Source: Chiloscyllium plagiosum
Lineage: Eukaryota
NCBI RefSeq assembly: GCF_004010195.1
Contig: NC_057719.1
Span: 2,553,504-2,594,149 of the forward strand
DNA length: 40,646 nt
Reading direction: 5' to 3'
Shown here piece after piece: positions 12,070 through 22,995 of this stretch. The stretch's first letter is position 1. The number at the start of each line of letters is the position of its first letter. Both the position numbers and the translations under genes were made by a program. The notes under the pieces were generated by a model, which worked only from the letters and a program-made list of their open reading frames with translations, was not told the origin of the DNA and searched no databases.

Positions 12070-12234
12070 GCGAAATTGAGAACTCCAGGTGCTGGAGATT
12101 AGAGTTGAGAGTGTGGTGCTGGAAAGGCACAGCAGGTCAGGCAGCATCCGAGGAGCAGGAGAATGAAACGTCGACTCTCCTACTCCTTGGATGCTGCCTG
12201 ACATGCTGTGCTTTTCCAGCACTAAACTCTTGAT
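12070..12234. mobile_element. Fold-back PLE terminal-repeat insertion (family A)
   Basis: Inverted arms about an apex near 12165. TSD CTAAAGTTCT at 12054-12063 and 12235-12244. Confidence 0.85.
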
Positions 12235-14174
12235 CTAAAGTTCTTTTAAGCTCCAGCATATCTTGTTTATCCTTTTTCTCAATGCCCCTTCCAATGAAGA
12301 CAGGCATGCCATAGGCATTTTTTACTACCTTATCTACCTGCACTGCTACCTTCAGCCCTTGCACACTCAGATCCCTCTGCATATCAATACTCCTAAGGGT
12401 TCTGCCATTCACTGTATAATTTCCACCTGGACATGACCTTCCAAAATGCATCTGCCATTTTTCTGCCCATGCCTCCAACTGACCTATATCCTGCTGCATC
12501 CTCTGACAATCTTCCTCACTATCTGCAACTTCACCCATTTCCTAATTAGACCCACTACATTTTCCTCCAAATCATTTATATAGATCACCATCAGCAGAGG
12601 TCCCAGCACTGATCCCTGTGGAACACCACTAGTCACAGCCCTCCATTCTGAAAACATCCTTCCAACACTACCCTCTCTCTCCTACGACTACATCAGTATT
12701 GCATCCATCTTGCCAACTCTCCCCCCGATACCATGTGATTACACATTTTGTACCAGGCTGCCATGAGGGACCTTGTCAAAGATTTTACTGATGTCCATTT
12801 GGACAACATCATCCGCTTTTCCCTCATCAATCATCTTTGTCACCTCCTCAAAAAACTCAATCAAGTTATTGAGGCACAACCTCCCCCAATAAAAAACCAT
12901 GCTATCGCTAATAAAGTCCTTTTGTTTCTAAATGGGAATAGATCCTGTCCCTGAGAATCTTTTCCAATGATTACCCTATCACTGACATGAGACTCACTGG
13001 CCTGTAATGTTCAGGATTATCCCTGCTACCCTTCTTAAACATTGGGACAGCATCGACTATTCTCCAGTCCTCTGGGGTCTCACCTGTGACCAAAGAGGAC
13101 ACAAAGATGTCTATCAATGTTCCAGCAATTTGCTCTCTTGCCTCCCTCAATATTCTGGGGTTGGATCCTGTCAGGACCCTGGGGCTTAGCTACCTTAAAA
13201 CTTTTTAAGATGTACAACAGCTCTTCTTTTTAATAGTAACTTGGCTTAGAAACTCAACATTCCCTTCCCTGAGATCATCCTCCACCAATTCCTTCTCTTT
13301 GGTGAATACTGACACAAATTCTTTGTTTAGGATCTCACCTTCCTTTCCTGGCTCCACATACATATTTCCTCCATCGTCCTTGAGTGTGCCAACCCTTTCC
13401 CTGGCTACCCTCTTGCTTTTTGTATATGTATAAGAAGTTTCGGGATTCTCGTTAATCCTGTTTGCTAATGACTTTTCATGCCCCCTTTCACCCTTCTCAT
13501 TCCTTGTTTAAGTTCTTTCCTACTTTCTTTATATACTTCCAGGGCTTTGTCAGTTCCCATTCTCTGAGACCTTACATATGCTTCCTTTTCCTTTCTGAGT
13601 AACATCCGTGGTCATCCTAGGTTCATGTAACTTGCTGTACCTATTCTTCATTCTCGCAGGAACATGCCGCTCCTGAACTCATATCAACTGCCGTTTGAAA
13701 TACTCCCACATGTCTGATGTGATTTACCGTCAAACTGTTGTTTCCAGTCAAACTTCTCCAGTTCCTGCCTAATGTTGCTGCAGTGCGCCTTCACCCGAGG
13801 CCTGCTGTTATCCCTATCCATGAGTATCTTAAAACTCACGGTATTCTGGTCACTACTGCTGAAATGCTCCCCCAGTGAAACTTCACTCACCTGGCTGGAA
13901 TCATTTCCCAGAACTAGGTCCAGTATGACCCCTTCCCTGGTTGGACAGTTTACAAACCATACCAAGAAACCCTTCTGAATGGTCCTTACAAGTTCTGGCC
14001 GATCCAAGTCCCTAGCACAACGTGAGTTCCAGTCAATCACTCACCACAACAATGCCACTGTTTTCACATCTTTCCAAATCTGTCTGCATATTCTCTTCTC
14101 TATCTCCTGCTGACTGTTGGGAAGCCTCGCGTATACGCTCGGCATTGTGATTTCAGCTTTCCTATTTCTGAGTT

Positions 14175-14480
14175 TAGATTAGATTCCCTACAGTGTGGAA
14201 ACAGGCCCTTCAGCCCAACAAGTCCACACCGACCCTCCGAAGAGTAACCTACCCCCAGACCCATTTCCCTCTGACTAATGTGCCTAACACTACGGGCAAT
14301 TTAGCATGGCTAATCCGCCTGACCTGCACATCATTTGGAATGTGGGAGGAAACTGGAGCACCCGGAGGAAACCCACGCAGACACGGGGAGAATGTGCAAA
14401 CTCCACACAGACAGTCACCTGAGGCTGGAATTGAACCCAGGTGCTGTGAGGCAGCAGTGCTAACCACTGAGCCACTGTGC
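14175..14480 (-). mobile_element. HE1-type V-SINE
   Basis: A/B boxes, V-domain, (ATCTA)-type tail. Confidence 0.9.
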
Positions 14481-14720
14481 CTTCCTATTCTACCCATATT
14501 GCCTCACTGCTGGAGTTCTTGCTGGATCCTTCGTCAGTACAGCTGTGAGATATTCCTTTCCCAGTAATGCAACTCCCTACCCCTTCCCCCCCTTTCTATC
14601 ACACCTGAAATATCTAAATCCTGGGACATTCAGCATCCAGTCCTGTCCCTCCTTCAGCCAAGTCTCCGTAGTTGTAATCATGCCATCGCTCCAGGTACTG
14701 ACCAAATCTCTACATACATC

Positions 14721-14975
14721 TACGCCTGTCTCTTTGTTGGCTACGTAGAGCAGTTGATCTTCCGTAATTACACCGGCACCACTCCCCACCTCTTCCTCCG
14801 CTACATTGATGACTGCATTGGCGCCACCTCGTGCTCCCGCGAGGAGGTTGAGCAATTCATCAACTTCACCAACACATTCCACCCTGACCTTAAATTTACC
14901 TGGACCATCTCTGACACCTCCCTCCCCTTCCTGGACCTCTCCATCTCCATCAGTGACGACAGACTTGACACTGAC
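14721..14975 (+). mobile_element. Penelope-like reverse transcriptase fragment, running into a gap
   Basis: YACLFVGYVE...FLRYIDDCIG...FHPDLKFT...LPFLDL are PLE-type RT motifs. Frame is open up to the N gap. Confidence 0.9.
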
Positions 14976-15437
14976 ANNNNNNNNNNNNNNNNNNNNNNNN
15001 NNNNNNNNNNNNNNNNNNNNNNNNNNNNNNNNNNNNNNNNNNNNNNNNNNNNNNNNNNNNNNNNNNNNNNNNNNNNNNNNNNNNNNNNNNNNNNNNNNNN
15101 NNNNNNNNNNNNNNNNNNNNNNNNNNNNNNNNNNNNNNNNNNNNNNNNNNNNNNNNNNNNNNNNNNNNNNNNNNNNNNNNNNNNNNNNNNNNNNNNNNNN
15201 NNNNNNNNNNNNNNNNNNNNNNNNNNNNNNNNNNNNNNNNNNNNNNNNNNNNNNNNNNNNNNNNNNNNNNNNNNNNNNNNNNNNNNNNNNNNNNNNNNNN
15301 NNNNNNNNNNNNNNNNNNNNNNNNNNNNNNNNNNNNNNNNNNNNNNNNNNNNNNNNNNNNNNNNNNNNNNNNNNNNNNNNNNNNNNNNNNNNNNNNNNNN
15401 NNNNNNNNNNNNNNNNNNNNNNNNNNNNNNNNNNNNN

Positions 15438-16000
15438 CCTCCTCTGTAATATGGACATTTTTCAAGATGTCACTATCTGTTTCCTTATATTCTATATTTT
15501 CCATGTCCTTTTCCACAGTAAACACTGATGCAAAATACTCGCTTAGTATCTCCTCAATCTCCTGTGGCTCCACATAAAGGCTGCCTTGCTGATCTTTGAG
15601 GGTCCCTATTCTCTCCTTAGTTACCCTTTTGTCCTTAATGTATTTGCAAAAATGCTTTGGACTCTCCTTAATTTTATTTGCCAAAGCTATCTCATATCTC
15701 CTTTTTGGCCTCCTGATTCCCCTTACTGCCTTTATACTCTTCTAAGAATTCACTCGATCTATCCTGTCTATACCTTACATGTTCTGGATCAGTGGTGCTG
15801 GAAGAGCACAGCTTGGCTTTTGCCCGAAACGTCGATTTTGCCTGTCCTCGGATGCTGCCTGAATTGCTGTGCTCTTCCAGCACCACTGATCCAGAATCTG
15901 GTTTCCAACATCTGCAGTCATTGTTTTTACCACCTTTATACATCTACCTTGCCTATTATCTTTCTCACATTGAAAGACATCCATTTCAGATACCTGCCCT
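15438..16000 (-). mobile_element. CR1 ORF2 linker fragment
   Basis: KIKESPKHFCKYIKDKRVTKERIG...EYFASVFT, close to the copy at 36123-36548. Confidence 0.88.
15782..15930. mobile_element. Fold-back PLE terminal-repeat insertion (family A variant)
   Basis: TCTGGATCAGTGGTGCTGGAAGAGCACAGC is inverted against GCTGTGCTCTTCCAGCACCACTGATCCAGA. Confidence 0.85.
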
Positions 16001-16009
16001 GCTCTTTTC

Positions 16010-16960
16010 AGCAGTGTTTCTCTGCCTGCTTTTCGTCATGTTTGCCTTAGTTTCTACCTCTCCCTCAATTCCTGCATCTCCTGCCCTACTCCTCTGGTGC
16101 CTATCCCCCTGCCGCACCAGTTTAAACCCTCCCCAACCACTCTACCAAGTACACCCCACCCCCCCCAAGAACATCAGTCCCAGTCCTGTCCAGGTGTAAT
16201 CCAACCAGTTGGTCCAGCTCTCACCTCCCCAATGCCTCATGAATTTGAAACCTTCCCCCCAACGTTACACCATCTTTTCAGCCACATGTTCATCCTATAT
16301 ATCCTGATGTTTCGGACTAGCTCGTAGCACTGGCAGTAATCCTGAGATAACCAGCTTTGAGGCCCTACATTTCAACTTTTTTCCTCGCTCTCTATTATCT
16401 GTTTCTAGGACCTTGCCCCTCTCTTTACCTGTGTTGTTCATACCAATGTGTACCATGACCATTGGCTGTTCATCATCATAGACTCTCATTTGTGGCCATA
16501 GAAACACCTGTCTATTTCCCTTCTGATTGAATTCCCTATAACTATAGCATTTCTATGGCTATTTCTCCCTCCTTCTACAGCAGATCCAACCATGGTGCCA
16601 TGAATTTGGCTGTTGCTGTTATCCCCTGAGAGGCCATTCCCCTCAATAATATCCAAAACAGTATAATCTGTTTGGGGAGAATGGCCACAGGAGATTCCTG
16701 CATTGCTTGCTTAGCCCTCCTGCTCAGCCTGCTGGTCACCCATTCCATTCTGGCCTGTAGAGTCTGAGTCTGCGGTGTCACCACCCCACTATACGTGCTA
16801 CCCACGATACTCTCCGCCTCACAAGTGCTCCAAAGTGTCTCCAGACGCCGCTCCAACTCCGAAACTCAGGCTTCCAGGAGCTGCAGCTGGGGACACTCCT
16901 TGAAGATCCTGGGTACTGGAAATGTGCCAGGTTTCTCTCATTGAGCAAGAGCAGCAGACT
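16010..16960 (-). mobile_element. CR1 ORF1 remnant with SGNH esterase-like domain
   Basis: VMVHIGMNN (resembles HVGTND), KLVISGLLPV, and an upstream CxxC plus ERRLETL segment typical of vertebrate CR1 ORF1. Confidence 0.75.
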
Positions 16961-16964
16961 ACAA

Positions 16965-17700
16965 TTTGGACTCTAGTCTCAGAATCAGCTATCCCACTCT
17001 CCAACTTGATGAAGAATTCTATTGTATTATGATCATTCAGTTCCAAGGGATCTCTCACAACTACAAACACAAATTCTGAAAATTGCTGGAAAAACTCAGC
17101 AAGTCTGGCAGCATCTGTGGAGAGAAAGCAGGGTCAGTGCTTCAGTTTTGGTGACCCTTCTTCAGAACAGTTCTGAGGACCTGAAACATTAACTCTGCTT
17201 TCTCTCTACAGATGCTGCCAGACCTGCTGAGCTTTCCAGCAATTTCTGGTTTTGGTTCTGATTGCCAGCATCCACAGTTCTTTGGGGATTTATGTTTGTC
17301 TCTCACAATTACAATTACCAACTATTCCTTTCTCATTGTACAATACCCAGTCTAATGTGACCTCTTCTCCTGTTGGTTCCTCAAACAATTGATCTCACAA
17401 ACCATCCCATATCCACTCTCAGAATTCCACCTTCGTAGTATTGTGGTTAATTTGATTCACCCAATCTAATGTCACCCATAATTACAGATGTTCCTTGACT
17501 ACACACATCGCCAATTCCCAATATCCCCACCCAATATGCCACTGCCACTAAAGGTTCTTGCCTTCTGGTCTGACTCAATTCTACCCACACAGATTCTACA
17601 TTGTCAGAGCTAATATCTTTCCTCAATGTCGTATTTATATCCTGTTTAACCAGTAATGTAACTCCACCAACGTTTCCTTTCATCTGAACTTCCTAAATAG
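16965..17700 (-). mobile_element. Old CR1 endonuclease-domain fragment
   Basis: GGVTLLVKQ, ESVWVEL, VIMGD and DHNTIEF motifs. Confidence 0.8.
17067..17298. mobile_element. Fold-back PLE terminal-repeat insertion (family D)
   Basis: Inverted arms with apex near 17168. 16-bp TSD TCTCTCACAA(C/T)TACAA at 17051-17066 and 17299-17314. Confidence 0.85.
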
Positions 17701-17873
17701 TGAATATCCGAGGTCTTGCGTTGCCATCCCCACATTCCTCAGCTTTCTCTTACTTTATCTGCAATACATTGGTGCAGCTACTTCGATTCTATTTAGGATG
17801 TAGGTTTGCTCGCTGACCTGGAAGGTTCGTTTTCAGACATTTCGCCATCAGACTAGGTAACATCTTCAGTAAG

Positions 17874-18085
17874 AGCTGAAAATGTGTTGCTGGAAAAGTG
17901 CAGCAAGTCACGCAGCATCCAAGGAACAGGAGAATCGACGTTTCGGGCATAAGCCCTTCTTCAGGAAAGGCTTATGCCCGAAACGTCGATTCTCCTGCTT
18001 CTTGGATGCTGCCTGACCTGCAGCGCATTTCCAGCAACACATTTTCAGCTCTGATCTCCAGCATCTGCAGCCCTCACTTTCTCTC
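17874..18085. mobile_element. Fold-back PLE terminal-repeat insertion (family A)
   Basis: Near-perfect palindrome about 17960. 15-bp TSD AACATCTTCAGTAAG at 17859-17873 and 18086-18100. Confidence 0.9.
17934..17967 (-). ncRNA. Minimal hammerhead ribozyme motif (family A)
   Basis: TTC-CTGAAGA-A-GGGC-TTAT-GCCC-GAAA-CGT-C-GAT. Confidence 0.65.
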
Positions 18086-18186
18086 AACATCTTCAGTAAG
18101 CCTCTGAATGAAGCACTGGTGGTGTAGCCCACTTTCAAACGTATAAATAGAAAGTGGGATACGCCACCAGTGCTTCATCTGGAGGC

Positions 18187-18226
18187 TCACTGAAGATGTT
18201 ACCTAGTACAGTGACGAAACGTCTGA
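18187..18226 (+). ncRNA. Minimal hammerhead ribozyme motif (family C)
   Basis: TCA-CTGAAGA-T-GTTAC-CTAGTACA-GTGAC-GAAA-CGT-C-TGA. Stem I TCA/TGA, 5-bp stem II, GUC site at 18221-18223. Confidence 0.7.
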
Positions 18227-18586
18227 AAATGAGCCTTCCAGCTCAGCCAGCAAACCTACATTCAGAACCTCAACCTAAGCTACAAATCTTCTCAAAACTC
18301 TCTATTCTATTTAATTAATTGATTTGATGTTGACTGCTGGACTAAGATTTAGAGAGTGTTGGTGAAGTGGGATGAGACTGATCGAAATCAGGTCCACACA
18401 GGTCAGGCCAGGTGTGGTCCTCGAAAGAGGGCCTCAGACAGCCTCAGCAGATTCACACAGCTATCATTGGATTGCACTACTACTGGAGTGCCCAACATCT
18501 CCCAAGCCAGCAGCAGCTGGTGAGGAATTCCAAAACCATCTAGAAACTGCTGGAAGAGGATCAGGAGGAGGCACAGTGGCTCACAA

Positions 18587-18870
18587 TTCCAGGGTCCCAG
18601 GTTCGATTCCAGCCGTGAGTGACTGTATGGAGTTTGCCCCGTGTCTGCGTGGGTTTCCTCCGGGTGCTCCGGTTTCCTCCCACAATCCAAAGATGTGCAG
18701 GTTAGTTGAACTGGCCATTCTAAATTGCCCGTAGTGTCCGGGAATTGCAAGTTAGTTGGATTAGTCATGTTAAGTGTGGGTTTACAGGACAGGGGTAGGG
18801 AGGGTGATCTGGGTGGGATGCTCTTCAGTGCAGTTCCAATGGACAAAATGGCCTCCATCTGCACTGTAAG
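18587..18870 (+). mobile_element. HE1-type V-SINE, degraded
   Basis: GGTTCGATTCC B box and V-domain GTCTGCGTGGGTTTCCTCCGGGTGCTCCGGTTTCCTCCCAC. Confidence 0.88.
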
Positions 18871-18884
18871 GTATTTTTGTTTCC

Positions 18885-19470
18885 CTGAGGAGGATGCAAT
18901 AATGAGAGAGGTGAAGCAACTCGTTCCTCATGATAGTCTCAAATGTCTGGTGTTGGTAGCAATTCACAATCAAGCAAGTAGCCAAATGATGGAGAAGGTG
19001 AGAGCTGGACTCACCAGAAAGCAGTGTTACCTGCTCAGATTGGTTGCTGATATTAATGACGACTGCCAAAGTCGTCACAGACATACTTTGACCAAAGCAG
19101 AGAAGTGACTTCAGCCAAATATAAAATCCCTGTTTGCCACAGGGATCTCTGGTGGTCCTGACGATAGATTTGTTGATCCTTGATCCCAGTAGTGATGGGA
19201 TTGAGCATGTTCTCCAAGTCATGGATGCACTCATCAAGTCAACATAGGCCACTACAGCCAATGTTTGAATATGATTGGTTCGTCTGTTTCAGTGATGCAC
19301 CTCAGATTCATGGCACAACTGTACGTACGCCCGGAGCGTCGAATCTCCTGTTCCCTGGATGCTGCCTGACCTGCTGTGCTGTTCCAGCAATAAAGTTTCA
19401 ACGTCAGTAAATACGACATTGCTACTGGGATGGTCAATCTCAGGCCTGAAAGTGTATAATAGAACCTCCA
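18885..19470 (+). mobile_element. Ancient Gypsy integrase relic, interrupted by a family A repeat at about 19330-19400
   Basis: QLVPHDSLKCLVLVAIHNQ...RKQCY...DINDDCQS (HHCC region), then LVVLTIDLLILDPSSDGIEHVLQVMDALIK, WFVCFSDAPQIH and VYNRT across frames. Confidence 0.7.
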
Positions 19471-19921
19471 ACAGCAGATGGCGATGGTGAGGGAGGACAC
19501 TTAGCAGAGACGACAGACCCTCTGGAGGGAAGGGTGTCTTTGTGGGAAAGTGGATCGATTGGGAAAGGGGTCAGACAAAGGATCTCCTCAATCAGATATA
19601 AACCACAAACTTAATTCCATGTAAATTCTGTGCTTTTTGTGTTAAACCTTAATTTCCCATCATGTTGGTATCACCTCATGTCAGTGGAATAAAGAATCCC
19701 CTGTTTGTGATCCTTAGGCCATTCGTATGTTCAAATGACATGCTACAATGCTAAAGCTAATTTTCACAAAGTAAATGGAAGACATATCCCTGTCGGAAGT
19801 GTGTCTCAGAAATCCTCAAAAATGGTTGAATCAGGAAAGGAATTAGTTATTAAAACCATCATAACCATCCAGGTGAACCATGTTTCATCAGAGTCTACAG
19901 AGGAGGAGAAAATGGCTCAGA

Positions 19922-20290
19922 ACCTTATAGAGCTTTATAAAATTATGAGGGGCATGGATAGGATAAATAGACAAAGTCTTTTCCCTGGGGTCGGGGAGTC
20001 CAGAACTAAGTTTAGGGTGAGAGGGGAAAGATATAAAAGAGACCTAAGGGGCAACGTTTTCACGCAGAGGTGGTATGTGTATGGAATGAGCTGCCAGAGG
20101 AAGTGGTGGAGGCTGGTACAATTACAACATTTAAGAGGCATCTGGATGGGTACATGAATAGGAAGGGTTTGGAGGGATATGGGCCGGGTGCTGGGAAATG
20201 GGATTAGATTGGGTTGGGATATCTGGTCGGCATGGATGGGTTGGACCGAAGGGTCTGTTTCTGTGCTATACATCTCTGTCACTATGACTT
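19922..20290 (+). mobile_element. CR1 3' fragment
   Basis: LIELYKIMRGMDRINRQSLFP followed by a 3' UTR and CTATGACT tail. Confidence 0.92.
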
Positions 20291-20461
20291 GAAGAAAACT
20301 CTTCCTCAATTATTGTTAAATGTTTAAACCATAGTAAGTAGGAGCATTTGGCCTGAAATGATTTGGGCCTACCCTACCATTCAATATGATCATGGCTGAT
20401 CTCTATCTGAAAGCCACGTTGTTGCTCTCTCCCAATGCTGGAAATTATCTATTTCTTTCCT

Positions 20462-21900
20462 AGATAGAGTATAGAACATAGAATATAGTAAAGTACAGCA
20501 CAGTACAGATCCTTCGGCCCACAATGTTGTGCTGAGGATTAATCCTAATTTAAACTAAAATATCTTAACCTACGCACCCATCAACTCACTGCTATCCATG
20601 TGCCTGTCCAGTAGTCGCTTAAATGTCCCCAATGACTCTGCTTCCACCACCACCGCTGGCAACGCATTCCATGCATTCACAACTCTCTGAGTAAAGAACC
20701 TACCTCTGACGTCCCCTCTATACCTTTCTCTTAATATCTTAAAACTATGACCCCTCTTGGCAGTCAACCCTGCCCTGGGAAACGGTCTCTGGCTATTGAC
20801 TCTATCCATGCCTCTCATTACCTTGTATACCTCGATCAGGTTACCTCTCTTCCTCCTTCTCTCCAGAGAGAAAAGTCCTAGCCTATTCAAGCTCTCCCCG
20901 TAAGGCAAGCCCTCCAGTCTAGGCAGCATCCTGGTAAACCTTCTTTGCACTCGGTCTAAAGCCTCTCTATCTTTCCTACAGTAGGGCGACCAGAACTGGA
21001 CACAATATTCCAAGTGTGATCTCACCAGGGACTTGTAGAGCTGTCGCAAAACCTCACGGCTCTTAAACTCGATCCCCCTGTTAATGAAAACCAAAACACC
21101 GTATGCTTTCTTAACAACCCTACCCACTTGGGTGGCAACTTTGAGGGATCTATGTACTTGCACACCCAGATCCCTCTGTTCCTCCACACTGCCAAGAATC
21201 CTGTCTTTAATCCTATATTCAACATTCAAGTTCCACTTTCCAAAATGCATCATTTCACAATTTCCAGGTTGAACTCCATCTCCCATTTCTCAGCCTAGCT
21301 CTGCATTCCGTCTATGTTGCGCTGCAGCCTGCAGTAGCCCTCAATACTATCAACGGCACCTCCAACCTTTGTGTCATCTGCAAATTTACTAACCCACCCC
21401 TCAACCTCCTCATCCAAGTCATTTATAAAACCTACAAAGAGTAGAGGCCCAAGAACAGAGCCCTGCAGGACACCACTCAACACTGACCTCCAGGCAGAAT
21501 ACTTTCCATCTACAACCACTCTCTGCATTCTGTCAGCCTACCAATTCTGAATCCACACGGCCAAATCTCCCTATATCCCATACTTCCTAACTTTATGAAT
21601 GAGCCTACCATGGGGAACCTTCTCAAATGCCTTGCTAAAGTCCACATATGCCACATCCACTGCTTGACCTTCGTCAACCTGTCTCGTCATCTCCTCAAAG
21701 AACTCAATAAGATTTGTGAGGCACGACCTGCCCCTCACAAAGCCACGCTGACTGCCTTTCATCATGCTGCGTTTTTCCAAATAGTCATAAATCCTATCCC
21801 TCAGAATGTTTTCCGAAACCTTGCTGACCACAGACGCCAGACTGACTGGTCTGTAATTGCCAGGGATTTCCCTACTCACCTTCTTGAAAAGAGGAACAAG
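20462..21900 (-). mobile_element. 5'-truncated CR1 (RT and 3' UTR) inserted in an older minus-strand CR1 (20328-22335)
   Basis: [48 protein letters not shown]. Only a few disruptions. Confidence 0.93.
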
Positions 21901-22375
21901 GGGTATTCACTGAATTCCCCCACAGCCTGCTGTTGCAAAGAATTCCAGTTTCACCATCCCTCAAATTAAGAAATTTCCCCTTGTATCAGTTCTAAATGAC
22001 CTTCTCCAAATCCTGAGACCGTGATTCCTTACTCTAGATTTCTTACCTTCCCAGTCAGGAGAAACATCAGCTCCACATCCAATCTGTCCAGCCTTGTCAG
22101 AAATGTTTCTGTTTCAGTTCAATCCCTCTCATTGTTCTAAAGTCTAATGAATAAAAACCAAGTCAATGCAACCTCTCCTCAAGCAACGATCCTTCCATTC
22201 CAGGGACCAGTCTGGTGAACTTTAGCTGCACTCCATCTTTGGCAAGTATATCTGTTTGTAAGTAGGGGAGCCAAAGCTACACGCAATACTCCAGGTGGGT
22301 CTCACCAAGGCCCTATACAGCTACAGTAAGACATCTGCTGGCCAGGGCTCCCTCTGCCACATGGGGTGGCTGCCT

Positions 22376-22572
22376 GTTAAAAATCACACAACACCAGGTT
22401 ATAGTCCAACAGGTTTATGTGGAAGCACTAGCCTTCGGAGCGCTGCTTCCTCATCAGGTGATTGTCGCTCCGAAAGCTAGTGCTTCCAATTAAACCTGTT
22501 GGACTATAATCTGGTGTTGTGTGATTTTTAACTTTGTACACCCCAGTCCAACACCGGCATCTCCAAATCATG
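22376..22572. mobile_element. Fold-back PLE terminal-repeat insertion (family B)
   Basis: 22376-22442 is inverted against 22466-22532. Confidence 0.8.
22426..22460 (-). ncRNA. Minimal hammerhead ribozyme motif (family B) with one core substitution
   Basis: CAC-CTGATGA-GGAAGC-AGC-GCTCC-GAAG-GCT-A-GTG. The opposite arm keeps GAAAGCTAGTG (22472-22482). Confidence 0.55.
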
Positions 22573-22859
22573 CTAAAATGTTGATTGACTCCCTGTTCGG
22601 CTCTGGGTGGGGAGGGAGCTTTCCTCTGCATGCATCATTAGTGCTTTCTAAATAGCAATTCCGTGGTGTTTATCTAAAGCAGCATTTCACCCACGTGCTG
22701 GTGCAGTGAAGCAAACCAGAAACCAAAATAGATAGTGAACATTTCAAAAAGTGATATCTGACCAAACTCTGCAGAGAGAGAGAGAGAGAGGAACAGTGGA
22801 GCCACAGGGTTTGAAGTTAAGTCTCTACGTTAAGTATCTAAATACCTATGTCCACGGTA

Positions 22860-22960
22860 CATCTATGCTACTTAACTCAGTGATCTGCCTGTATTGCTCG
22901 CAAGACAAAGCTTTCCATTGTGCCTGGTACATATGACAATAAATTCAATTCAATTCAATA
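22860..22960 (+). mobile_element. LINE 3' end with AATAAA and (TTCAA)n tail, possibly Rex1/Babar or L2 type
   Basis: GGTACATATGACAATAAATTCAATTCAATTCAAT. Confidence 0.5.
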
Positions 22961-22995
22961 CATGTGCAGTTAGCATTTTTAAGATCAACAATCTT

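Larger units (their letters stand above)
11467..14720 (-). mobile_element. CR1 LINE ORF2 (APE endonuclease and RT) with 3' UTR, decayed
   Basis: TETWLKEGQDWMLNVPGFRYFRCDR, PTREGVILDLVLGN, WAEKWQM, FFTQRVGSAWNTLP. Confidence 0.92.
17796..18303. mobile_element. Fold-back element (family C) with a nested family A hairpin
   Basis: Arms 17796-17873 plus 18101-18136 pair with 18150-18262. TSD ATTCTATTTA at 17786-17795 and 18304-18313. Confidence 0.8.

Noticed and set aside
17874..18085. DNA-transposon MITE or pre-miRNA
   Set aside because: The arms match terminal repeats attached to GIY-YIG ORFs elsewhere in the window, arm lengths are unequal, and TSD lengths vary between 10 and 16 bp, unlike cut-and-paste elements. 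No expression evidence for a miRNA.
20570..21879. RT ORFs as an active or domesticated gene
   Set aside because: 5'-truncated CR1 with frame breaks and no endonuclease or ORF1.
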